A stretch of DNA of 64,000 bases, taken from NCBI RefSeq assembly GCF_006345805.1, contig NC_043017.1:496001-560000 (forward strand). The letters run 5' to 3'. Within the stretch, counting starts at the first letter, position 1. Each line of letters starts with the position of its first letter. Below the pieces are notes generated by a model, which had not been told where the DNA came from, did no database searches, and worked only from the letters and a program-made list of their open reading frames with translations. Source of the stretch: Octopus sinensis (lineage: Eukaryota). Below are positions 51,221 to 64,000 of this stretch, piece after piece. The translations under genes and the position numbers were made by a program.

Positions 51221-51726
51221 CAAAAGACTGTTATATTAAAAGAAAAAATCGTGGCTGAATGTATTAAAACAAACGAAAATATCCGAGTCGTTTTGTGTAT
51301 AGAGAACACATACGCCACAGAAACTGGGAAACCGGGCCCATGAGCATGGTTAGGCTGGAAAAGGGCAACGTTTATCGTTTTTATCGTTAAGTATATATTG
51401 TTTACACTGTCACAAGAAAGCATCAGTTTGTTATTTAATTTATTTTAACAAAACCACCATTTCCACCAACAACAAAGGCAAACAAACAAACAAACAAAAC
51501 AAGCTGTTACCCACGTGTTTTATTCACTTCGCACTCATAACGCTCCACAACACAAAACCACACAACACTCACAACACAAACTCTAATCCTAAAAGCAACC
51601 GAAACATCACAATAGTTTTACATATTAAATTTTAGATACTTCTCTATATACAAAACGACTCGGATATTTTCGTTTGTTTTAATACCTTCAGCCACGATTT
51701 TTTTCTTTTAATATAACAGTCTTTTG
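51221..51726. repeat. 86-bp inverted repeat pair (51221-51306 and 51640-51726)
   Basis: CAAAAGACTGTTATATTAAAAG...CGAGTCGTTTTGTGTATAGAGAA versus its reverse complement, with very few mismatches. Confidence 0.9.
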
Positions 51727-52191
51727 GTTTTCCTGACAACATTTTGCATCAACGAATATTTTTTTCTTCTTCTTCTTTTTCTTCCCTGCACAGAACATTT
51801 TATTCATTGAATTTCATTTTGTTGTTGTTCTTGCTGTAATTTGTACGGCTTATATATTATTTCTTAGAATATATATTTCATGTTAGAGTTTTTTTAATTC
51901 ATTTTTTTCTCCATACTTTTTTCTTTTCAGATATATAAACCAGTATTGGTTTTCTTCAATATCTTTATTTGTTAAGCATGAATTATGTATGTATGTATGT
52001 ATGTATGTATGTATGTATGTATGTATGTATGTATGTATGTATATCTATGTATGCGTGTATGTATGTTTGTATATATGCCTATATATGTATACACATACAT
52101 ACTTGTGTGTATATATATATATATATTCCTATATACACATATACATACATATGTACATGCATATATATATATATATATACATATATATACA

Positions 52192-52226
<35 letters not shown>

Positions 52227-52860
52227 GCATATATATATATATAGATAGTTATGTACATATAGATAGATAGATATGTATGTATGTATGTGCAGAAGTATGA
52301 ATGCACATATATACCAATGTATGCAAATAAATACGTATGTATGTCCACACACACGCATACACACACACACGCACATATGTTTAATCACGAACGTATATAT
52401 AGCTTTTATAGCTTAAGAAAATAGTTTGAAATAAAACGAAATACTACACACACATATGTATATATTTGTATTAAATTATTTCTACTAACATATATTTAAG
52501 AGCACCACCACTCCGCTTTTCCATTTAATCTCCATCATCATCGCCACCACCATCACTACGACCACCACCGCCATCGCCAACGTCGCAATTGTATTCTCTC
52601 TTTTGAATACTAGTAAATTTATTTTTAGCGTAAACAGTGAATTGTTTTACGAAACCAAGTGAAAAACCTATTTCACTTTTCAACTTCTATCAGGTCAGTC
52701 ATAACAAATAACATCAAAATAGTACACAGCTGTACACATACATGTCTTTTTATGTACACATCTAAACATAGATCGTCTGACAGAAGCCTATATGCATGGA
52801 TATACATACGCATGCACAAGCAACCAAAACAGCGCACACATACATACATATATAATGGCA

Positions 52861-53378
<518 letters not shown>

Positions 53379-53671
53379 ATATGTGTATGCACGCATACAC
53401 AAACACACACACACATTTACACATTCACTAGTACTCATCTACAGAACTCAAATAATAGTACATAAAATTATAAGACAATAGGTAACGAAAAAATATTCAT
53501 AAACCAAAAAACACAAAGCAAAACAAAAATATAACCACAACAACAACAACAACAACTTATATCTAGAATGTATCATGAAATAACAGGAAACGTGTGTCTG
53601 GTGAGGTGCGGGGGGAGGGAATTGAAGTTTCAGGTGTGACTGCTATTTGCTTTCCAGTATGTATGCATATG

Positions 53672-53726
<55 letters not shown>

Positions 53727-53928
53727 ATATATGTAGCTAAAACAAAAGAAGAGAGAGGGAGGGGGGAGAAGAAGGCAAAAAGGAGAAAAGGGTGAGGTGT
53801 GGGGGTCACGTTGTATTTATTTTCTGTGTTTTTCTTTTCTTCTTTCTTTTTTAAGCCGAAATTTCTAATTCTAAACACAGCAAAAATAAAGAACAGGATT
53901 ATTTAGGAAAAGAAAAAAGTCCGAAACA

Positions 53929-53967
<39 letters not shown>

Positions 53968-54281
53968 CACACACACACACACACACACACATACACACAC
54001 ACACTCACACAGATAGATAGATAGATATATGCGCACTTGTGTGTATATACGTACACGCATACATGTATAAATACACACACACACACACATATATAAACAC
54101 ACATATATAAACATATATATATATACAGATACATACATATACATATATATATATATCACTATATATATGCACACACATATATACATCCATAATCCATACA
54201 TACGAACATATATATACACACATACATACACCCATACATACACATATGCATACACACATACATACATACACACACATTATT

Positions 54282-55090
54282 ATGGCTGCCCCCTCGTTAT
54301 CGAGTATGGCTATTGCACGAAGCTTAACTGTTACTGGTGCTGTGATCGAATGTGACTTTTTAGCCCAGCTAAAGATCTACAATGTCTTGTACAGAATTGG
54401 CAACTAAGACCTTTACCGGTAATAGCCAGCTGTAGTTGTAACTGGGCTTCATGTACCTTTGCATGTCGTTTAAGTCCTCCTGCTGAATTACACTCTCTTC
54501 CACATGCCCGACAGATATGATTTGTATGGTGTGTTACACCACCACCAGTGGCCAGGATGTCACTCATCTGTCTCGCTTTATGACTACGAAGATGACTCTT
54601 GAGTCCAGCTTTACTGAGGCAGGGTCTTGCACAGACATTGCATGTCAGAATCAAAGGAAGATCCTTCCCTTCTGGAAGTGTAACAGCGATGCCCTTCCTG
54701 ACAACCCTCCTTACTTTCTCATGTGCAACTCGAGATTTCTCAAACGTGGCTGTCCCCTCACGCACAATCCTTCTCCACCTGCTACAATCAATAGCTATGC
54801 CTTCCCGTGTGTCAGGAGAAATGCAAGCATCTCTTAAGGAAGCCTTCAGCAAGTCGCAAGTCCTTATACATCTTTTTTGGTTTATGTGGAGGTCGTTCTC
54901 CTTTAGCTAACTCTCCATAAAAGAGTTGTTTTGGTATCTTTGAATCCTTCATTCTGACCAGATGACCACTCCATCTGAGCCTTTGCTTTAACACAAGAGC
55001 TTCTATACTTCCACACCGAGAGCCTTCGAGTATTTCAAGATCACTGATGCGGTCCTTCCACCTAATGCTATAGATCCGTCTGATGCATAC
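54282..55090 (-). mobile_element. RTE-clade LINE 3' fragment ending in three C2H2 zinc fingers
   Basis: RLRWSGHLVRMKDSKIPKQLFYGEL..G.RP..KPKK.YKD, a frameshift, then LKASL...WRRIVREG..FE and three C-X2-C-X12-H-X3/4-H fingers before the stop at 54331. Short 3' end GAGGGGGCAGCCAT+(AAT). Confidence 0.9.
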
Positions 55091-55520
55091 ATACACACAT
55101 ACATAAATTTAGGAGTAAATAGACGCGAATTGTATAATTGATATACGCGCATCCCTCAACGTATTCTGCTGTTTATGTCCATTCATTCCTGTTTAAAAGA
55201 AAATGAACATGCCTAACTGTGTATTCTGTGTATATGTCCACACAAAGGTGAATGTATATCAGTATGTGTGTGTGTACCTGTGTATATATTATCTTTGTAG
55301 TTGTAAGGTGGCGAGCTGGCAGAATCGTTAACATGCTTACCGCTATTTCGCCCGTTTTCACGTTCTGAGTTCAAATGACAGCTCGGTCGACTTTGCCTGT
55401 TATGCTTTCGGAGTCGATGAAATAAGTACCAGCTGAGCATTGGGGTCGATGTAATCAACTTATTCCCTTCCACAAACTTACTGGACTTACGCCAAAATTT
55501 GAAACCACCACCACCACCAC

Positions 55521-55580
<60 letters not shown>

Positions 55581-55584
<4 letters not shown>

Positions 55585-57977
55585 TAGTTTTATTTTTATA
55601 GCGTGCTTTCACTTCACTACCGAGCGCAGCTCTGTGTGCCTTGGGTATGTGCTGTGATTTGTTGTGATGCTCTGATGGTTATTGTATGGAAAGTGTTCTG
55701 CGTAGGATGTGTGCAGTGCCTAGTAGTGCAATTTTCTGTATGTTATATGTGTTTGTAAGTCCTGGTGTTTTTGTTATGTATTTGTCTGAATATTTTTTTA
55801 TCATGCCTAATGCACCTACTATGATAGGAATTGTTTCTGTTTTCAGATTCCACATTCTAGTTACCTCTATTTCCAGGTCTTTGTATTTTGAGAGTTTCTC
55901 CATTTCTTTTAGAGACACGTTGTCATCAGCCGGTATTGATACATCAATTAGAAAGCATTTTTTTTCTTCATGATCTCTGACAACTATATCTGGTCTGTTG
56001 GCCTTAATTTCTCTATCTGTGTGTATCGGCATATCCCAGAGTATGGTTGCCTTCTCGTTTTCTGTGACCTTTTCTGGTGTGTGCCTATACCATCTTTTTT
56101 CTGTTGTTATTCCATAATGTTGGCATAGCTTCCATGTATGTAGGTTCCAACTCTGTCATGTCTGTGAATATATTCCTTCTTAGCCAGGACTGGGCAGCTA
56201 GAGATAATATGATTTATTGTTTCTTGTCCATCTCCACATATTCTGCAGTTACTTGTAATATTTCTTTTCATTACATGTTTTTGGTAATTTCTGGTGGGGA
56301 GGCTTTGGTCTTGTGCTGCAATTAAAAATCCCTCTGTCTCTGCTTTGAGTCCTGAGCTTCTCAACCATTGCTGGGATTTTTCTTTGTCTATTTCTTTTGC
56401 GTTTAGTTTAGTCCAGTATTTACCATGAAAGGGCTTTTCTTGCCATCGTTTTATCATGGTTCGTTGCTGTTCTATTTTTAGTTTGGATTTCATTTGTTTT
56501 ATAGCTTTTGTTGTTTCTTCATCTTCTTCTTCATCTTCTTCATGTTTATTAGGTGGTATGATTTCTTGTTTGTATTTGTCAGCTTACCTTAAATACTGAG
56601 AACAGTTTTTTGTTTTGCTCGTGTTTTGCCGCTATCTGGATCAGTTTTCCTTCCTTCTGAAGTAGATATTTTTGCAGTCCTATGGTGGTTATTTTATAGT
56701 AGTTTTCCAGCTGTATAAGGCCTCTACCACCTTCTATACGTTGTATATATAGTCTTTCTATGTCAGATTTTGGGTGATGCATCCTAGATCCTGTCATTAT
56801 TTTTCTTGTTTTCCTATCTATTTTGGTCAGTTCATTTCGTGTCCAGTTAAGGATATTGTAGCTGTAACTTATAACTGGGACAGCTAAAGTGTTGATACCT
56901 ATTATCTTGTTTTTAGCATTGAGATCTGTGTTTAGTATTGATCTAACTCGTCTATAATATTTTTTTTTTTATTTTCTCTTTCATTTGTGTGTGTTGTGTC
57001 TTATCTAGTTCATGGATTCCTAAGTATTTGTAAGTTTGACTTTGGTCTAATTCTTTTATTTCATTGGTTTTATCTAGTGTGATGTTGTTACTCTTAACTA
57101 GTTTTCCTCTTTTCATGGTTACTTTGGCGCATTTTTCTAATCCAAATTTCATATCTATTTCTTTAGTAAATCCATGAACTGTCTTTAATAGTGTTTCCAG
57201 CTGTTTGTCATTTGCAGCGTATAGTTTTAGGTCATCCATATATAAAAGGTGGCTGATCGTTTTGCCGTAACATTTATATCCGCATCCAGTTCTATTTAGC
57301 ATATCAGATAGAGGTGACAGTGCCAAGCAGAAAAGGAGTGGAGAGAGCGTGTCTCCCTGGAATATTCCTCTTCTAATGGGGATGTCTTTGGTTTTCATGA
57401 GTCCCTCTTTTGTTTGGAGGTGTAGGACTGTTTGCCATTTATTCATAGAGTGCTCTATGAATTTTATGATTGTTGGTGCTACTTTGTTAATGGCTAGTGT
57501 TTCGAGGATCCATGTGTGGGGGATGCTATCAACGCCTTTTTGTAGTCAATCCAGGCCATACTGAGGCCTTTCTTCTTTCTGTGGCTGTCTTCAGTTACGG
57601 CTTTATTAATCATTAGTTGATCTTTACAGCCATATGAGCCTTTGCGGCATCCTTTCTGCTCTTCTGGGAACAGTTTGTTTTCGTCCAGGTGCTTGTTCAG
57701 CCTTTGTGATATCACTGCAGTAAATGCCTTGAACATAGTAGGGAGGCAGGTTATTGGTCTGTAGTTTTCTGGTTTTTCTGTTTCATTTGATTTGGGAATT
57801 AAGATGGTTTTCCCCTTCGTGAGCCATTCAGGCATTGTCTCTGGCTCTGCTAGTACGTTGTTAAAGTTTTCAGCCAGCTTTTTGTGCATTCCTGTTAGAT
57901 ATTTCAACCAGAAGTTGGGGATCTTGTCATGCCCAGGTGCCTTCCAGTTGCTTAGTCTTTGCAGTGCCTGGGTGACC
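55581..57977 (-). mobile_element. R4/Dong-like (REL endonuclease) non-LTR retrotransposon, 5'-truncated and frameshifted
   Basis: RT: YRPITCL, GCKDQL, WIDYKKA, GIFQGDTLSPLLF, HLLYMDDLKLY. CCHC: CRICG...ETINHIISSC...RHDRV. REL: NRPDIVV..CFLIDVSIP..KLSKY..LGTAHILRR. Flanked by (AAT)n on both sides. Confidence 0.95.
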
Positions 57978-57989
57978 TTATTATTATTA

Positions 57990-58023
<34 letters not shown>

Positions 58024-58090
58024 GTTATTATTATTATTATTATTATTGTTATTATTATCATTATTATTATTATTATTATTGTTATTATTA

Positions 58091-58127
<37 letters not shown>

Positions 58128-58128
<1 letters not shown>

Positions 58129-58466
58129 TGAAGAAAACTCAGCTTATTTTCCTGTCTATGATGGAAAGTGTCAACTGTCTACAACCAGCAAACTAAGGTG
58201 ACACTTTGCTTCTAGAATCTTGCGAAGAACTCCTGCAGTTCCATGTAATCCTGATTTTTGTAGATGTTTTATCTTTGCATTTGTATCAATCTTTTAGAAC
58301 CAGGTTGGTGGTCGAATGCTGATACCATTGCCATTGCGTCTATTCTCTTCTTTGGCCACAACCTTCACATTCCCCACTTCAAATTGTCTTAGTTGTTCAG
58401 TTTTTCTTCTTTCTCTTCGACACCTGTTGTCATCGGGACATTCTATGTCGATTATCATGCAAGTTC

Positions 58467-58467
<1 letters not shown>
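58128..58467 (-). mobile_element. Second REL-type LINE 3' fragment (different subfamily)
   Basis: TCMIIDIECPDDNR..KEEKL ... LQKSGLHGTAGVLRKILE with its own 3' UTR. (AAT)n lies on both sides. Confidence 0.75.
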
Positions 58468-58520
<53 letters not shown>

Positions 58521-59010
58521 TTCCCCTCTTTCTTCAAATTTTCTTCCGCTTCTCGCCGAGTGTTTTCCGTACACCTAGGGCAGAGAAGCTCATTGTATGC
58601 ATTCCCAGATTACACACGCAAATTCACAGGTAAAATATGTATTTAAGAAAATTAATAAATAAATAAATTCATGAATGGATATTGTTTTCACAGCGATAAT
58701 GCTCTTCTCAGTACATGAGCCGTTCCAGTTAACACGATTTTTTGCACTTCCTGTAGAGATGGTAAGTTTGGTATCATTTTCAAATAGGTTTCAGTACCTT
58801 TTTCTTTTTTATTATTCCTAGAGATCCTACAATCACTGGTACTGTAGTCGCCTTGAGATGCCACATTTAAAAGAATTTTTATTAGCAAGTCTTTATATTT
58901 ACTGATCTTGTCAAATTCTTTCGCCACTATATTGTGATCGCAAGGAATACTCAAGTCAATTAATAAACACACCTTTTTTTGTCTGATCTTTTATAATAAC
59001 ATCCGGTTAT
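58521..59010 (-). mobile_element. Third REL-type LINE 3' fragment
   Basis: CLLIDLSIPCDHNIVAKEFDKISKYKDL...LQEVQKIVLTGTAHVLRRALSL* with a distinct 3' UTR ending in (AAT)n at 58468-58520. Confidence 0.85.
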
Positions 59011-60149
59011 CATCATCATCATCATCATCATCATCATTATCATCATCATTATTCTTATCATCATTATTATCATCATGAAGGCGGAGAGCTGGCAGAATGG
59101 TTGCTGCGCCGGTCAAACTGTTCAGCGGCATTTCGTCCGTATTCACGTTCTGAATTCAAAATCCGCCGAGGTCGACTTTGCCTTTTTTTTTATCCCTTCG
59201 GGTTCAATAAAGTAAGTACTAGTTGAGCTTTGGTGTCTATGCAATCGACTCAGCCCCCTTCCAGACTCCTCCATCCCACCCAAAAATCAACTGCCTTCCG
59301 CCAATATTTGAAATCAATATCTTTCTGTTCGTCATTGTAAAGTATAACTGTTGACCTCGGACACCGAACTCCTTTAAAATCTAATCAAAATATTTGTACA
59401 TTTTATGATGGATGATCGATTTTCTTAGAATCAGTTTGGCACCGCAACCTCAGAACGAGCGAAGAAGAGCTTTTGGAATGTCTGCTGCTGTCTTCCAATC
59501 ATGGAAGCTTCAACGAACAACTACTTAATTATTATTGTCGACGACAAATATTAAAAAAGAAAACAACACCCTTCCCCTTCGCTGGAAAATAACGCCGGCG
59601 GCATCATATAAATTGCTGGTCACGTGACCGTTTGCTTCTTTTGTAGATTAACAACGTAGTTTTTACGCATCAGTGCTTTCTCTGGAGATTGAATCCGCCT
59701 CATCAACGTTGTCGTCGTCATGATGATGATAATCGTCATCGTTATCGTGGTAGTGATCGTGGTCCACGTGGTCGCGATCGTGATCCTCCTGGTGTTGGTC
59801 ATCGTCATCATCATTATGATTATCATCGTGGTCGTCGAAGTCATCAACTTCATCATCATTATCAAAACGACTGCTACCACCGCCGCCGCCGCCGCCACCA
59901 CCACCGCCGCCGCCGCCGCCACCACCACCACCACCACCACCACCACCACCACCACCACCACCACTACCATTCTCACCTGTATTTATATATATATCTTTTA
60001 TTTGTTTCAGTCATCGGGGGACGAACGAATCGACATCAGTACTTGTAGTTAAAGTCTGGTAATGATTGTATCGTTCCCTTATGGTGATCCGCTACGATAT
60101 GTGACCATAAACAAATCTGTGTCAAAGCTTGTCATATATGTATGTATGC

Positions 60150-60212
<63 letters not shown>

Positions 60213-60457
60213 ATTTAAAGTCCATCTGCCACTGATGAACTACGGACATTTGCATTTGTGAATGTTAATAGCGAAAGCTAGGGATGTAGCGTATTGCCAA
60301 ATTTTGTATCTTTTCATTTGTCTTGCTTGTTTTACATTCTGGCGACTGCTGAAATTTCTTGGGAAACATTCTTCGTGGTAAGACGATTTGGCGTCTTCTT
60401 CTAGCATATTAGGAATCTACCTTGGTGGGTATTCCTCTTAATCTTATATATATATAA

Positions 60458-60522
<65 letters not shown>

Positions 60523-60527
<5 letters not shown>

Positions 60528-60890
60528 GTTGGACAAAATAATGGAAACGCCTAACATCATAGCATCATAATTTTGAAATATCTATGAAACCGTCAAAAGC
60601 TTATATATTTCTGTTTTTTGATTTATTGTTAGTGTTGCTTAACATGTTTTGATAAAATTGCTGTTTCTTTTCAGATATCACCAGAAAAAGGTAATTCAAA
60701 TTCATTAAAATGACAGATCTATCGGACTTTCAAAGAGGTCAAATTGTTGGTGTCCGTATGGCAGGCACTAGCGTAACGAAAACAGCCGAAATTTTTGGTG
60801 TATCAAAAAGCACTGTCATGAAAGTAATGACAGCCTTTGGGAAAGAGGAAAGAACCTCCTCGTCGAAATAAAACTCTGTAAGAAAACCCA
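60523..60890 (+). mobile_element. Tc1-like transposon 5' fragment (TIR plus HTH N-terminus)
   Basis: TA GGGGTTGGACAAAATAATGGAAAC TIR. ATG at 60710 gives MTDLSDFQRGQIVGVRMAGTSVTKTAEIFGVSKSTVMKV..., with a premature TAA at 60869. Confidence 0.88.
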
Positions 60891-61669
60891 AAACACAGGG
60901 ACGAAGGGAAAATGCACACACAAGATATGGGCATGCTTATTTCATCGTCAATTATCGTCCAAAAATATTCTTTTAATTTCACATCTTTAACGATAATATG
61001 GTTCATATGTGGAGGCATCAGCAGTTAAAAACTCCCGAGAAAAGTGAGCGAACGTTGAGGAGAGTGACGAAAGCAAACGACACATGTCGAGATACGAATA
61101 TAAATGCAATGATGGAATAAAACTTGCAATATACAAGCAAAATAAGGGTCATACGACTCTGAAACAATGGTAAGACAAGGCGTGTGTATAAATAAAGCAA
61201 GGAAAATGTCATGAAGGAGTGGAAATGGAAAATAGAGATGGCAAAATAGAACGAAAGGTGAAGAACGACTAAAATTTGAATAAACAAACAGTTTATTGGA
61301 AGTAGAGCCTGAGAGAGGCGTGACCAAGAGAAGAACGGAAGAGGTGTGTGTCTGTGTTTTTTCCCGTCTCCCGGTGTTGGTTTGTTGCGTCTACGTAAGC
61401 TAGAAGTTCATCAAAACAGACCGAGAAAATAAATACCTGACTTAAAAACAAGTAATGGGCTTGATTTGCTCGACTAAATAATTTCAAGGCGGTGCCCCAG
61501 TATGGCTGCAGCCCAGGAAGATAAACGATCAACGATGGAAGATCAAAGATGAAGTCGAGGGTAGTAATCCGAGTAAATATTTAACCGGAAGCACATTCTT
61601 GACATAATAATGTAAGAACATGGCGAAAACAAACCTCCATTTAAAGTTAATCTTTGTTGGATAAATATC

Positions 61670-62030
61670 TTTTATTCTTTTTCTTGTTTCAGTCATTACA
61701 CCGTGGCCATGCTGAAGCACCAGCTTAAAGTGGGTTTTGTCGAACAATTTGACCCCAGGATGTATTTTTAAGCTTAGTACTTTCTCTATCGGTCTCTTTG
61801 CCGAACTGCTAAGTTACTGGACGTAAACACACCAACATCGGATGTCAAGTGATGATCGTGGGGGGACACAAACACAGACACAAAGACATACACACATAGA
61901 CGTGTACATATATATATACGATGGGCTTCTTTCTGTTTCCGTTTGCCAAATTCACTCCCAAGATTTTGTTCGGTCCGAGGCTATAGTAGAAGACACTTGC
62001 CCAAGGTACCACGCAGTGGGATTGAACCCA
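61670..62030 (-). mobile_element. SINE family A (minus strand)
   Basis: Reverse-complement match, diverged. Confidence 0.85.
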
Positions 62031-63331
62031 GAACCGTTTTATTTTGAAAAATATGGCAGAAGTATTTGTAAAATACCATTCTATGACAAGAGGTCAAGTG
62101 TCGCTGTGTTAAATCATTTAACTATGATTGAAATGAGTGTTAAACCGAGCCAACCAGTAAAAGGCAGCCAATTAAAAACTCACCAAGTGGTGTCATACAG
62201 GGTGACCAGTCAGATCTTAACGACCGAACCAAAGAAAGATTAGGAAAAAAATCCGCCCCAACCTAAGAAAAAAAGAAAAATAGAGAAACAAAAAGAAATC
62301 ATTACTTTAAAGAATTCAGAATTGGTAAGATGTCATCGAAGAGATCTTAAGAGGAAAATATCGGTAAAAAAATCTGACAAGATTTCTCTACAAACAATCG
62401 TCTATGGATTTAAAAAGCAAAATTTTTCCCAAAATTTAAATCTTACTTTTTATCTTTATTAACAAAAATTCTAACACAAATTTATCTCCAACTATCTGTT
62501 TCGATATCTTTCGCGTCATTCACCACTCTTGTGGTTTTCAGGTCAAATATTTACAACCGACGTATTGGATGTAGTATGCTGTTGTGTTTGTTTAGAAAAA
62601 GAAAAAAACTTAAAATTTTATTTCGTTTTATTTCTCTTTGAGATTTTAAATAGTCGTTACATAAACAACAACAAAAAAAACCTCATAGAAAAAGCAAAAA
62701 ACAATATTTTTGCAGACATGCTGATGGGAAGAGCAAAACAATAAATAAATAAATTATAAAAAGGAAACGGAGAAATAAAATAATAATAATAATAATAACA
62801 ACAATAATAAAGATATTGATGATGATGATGAGGACGATGACGGTGACGACGATACTGCTGCTGCTGCTGATGTTAATGATGATAGTACTACTACTTCTAA
62901 TGATAATAATAATAACAATAATAATAATAATGATGATGATAACAACAAGAACAACAACAATGATGATGATGATGATAACTATAAGCAACAAGCGCAGCAA
63001 CGATATAAGCAAAGGAAAGGCAATGAAAGAAAAATTATACAAAAAAAAAAGGAAATGAAAAAATATAAAAACACATCAGCGTAAACGATGAACATAGTGA
63101 TTGCAACCTCGTAAGAAGGCGCGGGTGCGCTCGTGTGTGTATGTTTGTATGTGTCTGTGTGAGTGTGTATGTGTCTGCATGTATATATATACATATATAT
63201 ATGTATATATATATACACACACACACAAACATGTATGTCAATATATATTATTATTACAACACGTATATTTGTACATACACATTTGCATGTATAATGTGTG
63301 AACAGACACAAGTCTGTGTTTTTGTACATTT

Positions 63332-63367
<36 letters not shown>

Positions 63368-63369
<2 letters not shown>

Positions 63370-63778
63370 CGCAGGAGTGGCTGTGTGGTAAGTAGCTTGC
63401 TAACCAACCACATGGTTCCGGGTTCAGTCCCACTGCGTAGCATCTTGGGCAAGTGTCTTCTGCTATAGCCCCGGGCCGACCAATGCCTTGTGAGTGGATT
63501 GGTAGACGGAAACTGAAAGAAGCCTGTCGTATATATGTATATATATATAAGTGTGTGTGTATATGTTTGTGTGTCTGTGTTTGTCCCCCTAGCATTGCTT
63601 GACAACCGATGCTGGTGTGTTTACGTCCCCGTCACTTAGCGGTTCGGCAAAAGAGACCGATAGAATAAGTACTGGGCTTACAAAGAATAAGTCCCGGGGT
63701 CGATTTGCTCGACTAAAGGCGGTGCTCCAGCATGGCCGCAGTCAAATGACTGAAACAAGTAAAAGAGAGTAAAAGAGA
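63368..63778 (+). mobile_element. SINE family A, full-length young copy (tRNA-like head, internal microsatellite, AAGGCGGTGCTCCAGCATGGCCGCAGTC tail)
   Basis: A-box-like GGAGTGGCTGTGTGG and B-box GGGTTCAGTCC. CpGs are largely intact. The same family recurs at 7222, 14095(-), 17975, 18395(-), 19440(-), 21982, 23833, 24638, 32328, 33295(-), 37451, 45294/46125, 50795(-) and 61670(-). Confidence 0.92.
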
Positions 63779-63806
63779 GAGTGTATATATATATATATAT
63801 ATATAT

Positions 63807-64000
63807 ACTAGCAGTATCGCCCGGCGTTGCTCGGGTTTGTAAGGGAAATAACTATATAAGCATTTTTAGAGAGTTACTTCCCTTATATAACCCGAGCAAA
63901 AATCATTAAAAATACGGAAAATGATGGTAATTTTGTTTTAAATCGTAGACTCATCGTAGATGCGCGCTAATACCCAGAAAGGTATCGATATGAATCACGA
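63807..64000 (+). mobile_element. Helitron/Helentron-like non-autonomous element start (runs off the window)
   Basis: ACTAGCAGTATCGCCCGGCGTTGCTCGGG directly after a (TA)n tract, typical of rolling-circle MITE termini. Confidence 0.55.

Noticed and set aside
51931-51975. IYKPVLVFFNIFI, resembling tetraspanin TM1, after a good acceptor
   Set aside because: In-frame TAA follows and the only donor (GTTAAG) is poor; no further tetraspanin exons were found.
59620-60052. 110-119 aa ORFs (poly-V/A/T/H/R)
   Set aside because: Trinucleotide repeats (CAT, CGT, CAC, GCC); the apparent minus-strand donor at ~59975 follows a SINE tail remnant.
61000-61330. LTR-like segment (AATAAA followed by ...TTCA on the minus strand)
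   Set aside because: No second LTR, PBS, PPT or TSD is visible; cannot be supported without a library search.

Overview
Eukaryotic, AT-rich, repeat-saturated DNA. The tRNA-derived SINE families, RTE / R4-Dong / Tx1 / Penelope retroelements, mariner/Tc1 remnants and dense microsatellites look like an octopod cephalopod (Octopus) genome; this is inferred from recalled repeat families, not from a database search. Real coding content is small. It comprises the last exon of GAS2 (134-367, +) and a complete 4-exon Ly6/uPAR three-finger gene resembling Drosophila coiled (ATG 10939, stop 35628, 148 aa, all splice phases consistent). There is also a partly decayed tRNA-Ser(AGA) (33573-33654, -) and a probable non-coding first exon of a third gene near 42.1 kb. 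Almost all other ORFs in the track are microsatellite or transposon artefacts. Best leads: (1) a minimal type I hammerhead ribozyme fold with a swapped G3:C8 core pair inside a Penelope-like terminus (46594-46642, -); (2) three different REL-type (R4/Dong-like) retrotransposon 3' ends stacked in (TAA)n arrays (55.5-59.0 kb); (3) an RTE ORF2 ending in three C2H2 fingers (54.3-54.6 kb); (4) a near-perfect ~370-bp inverted duplication whose second copy lies inside a MITE in coiled intron 1; (5) a decayed tRNA-Ser directly upstream of a SINE that has lost its B-box.
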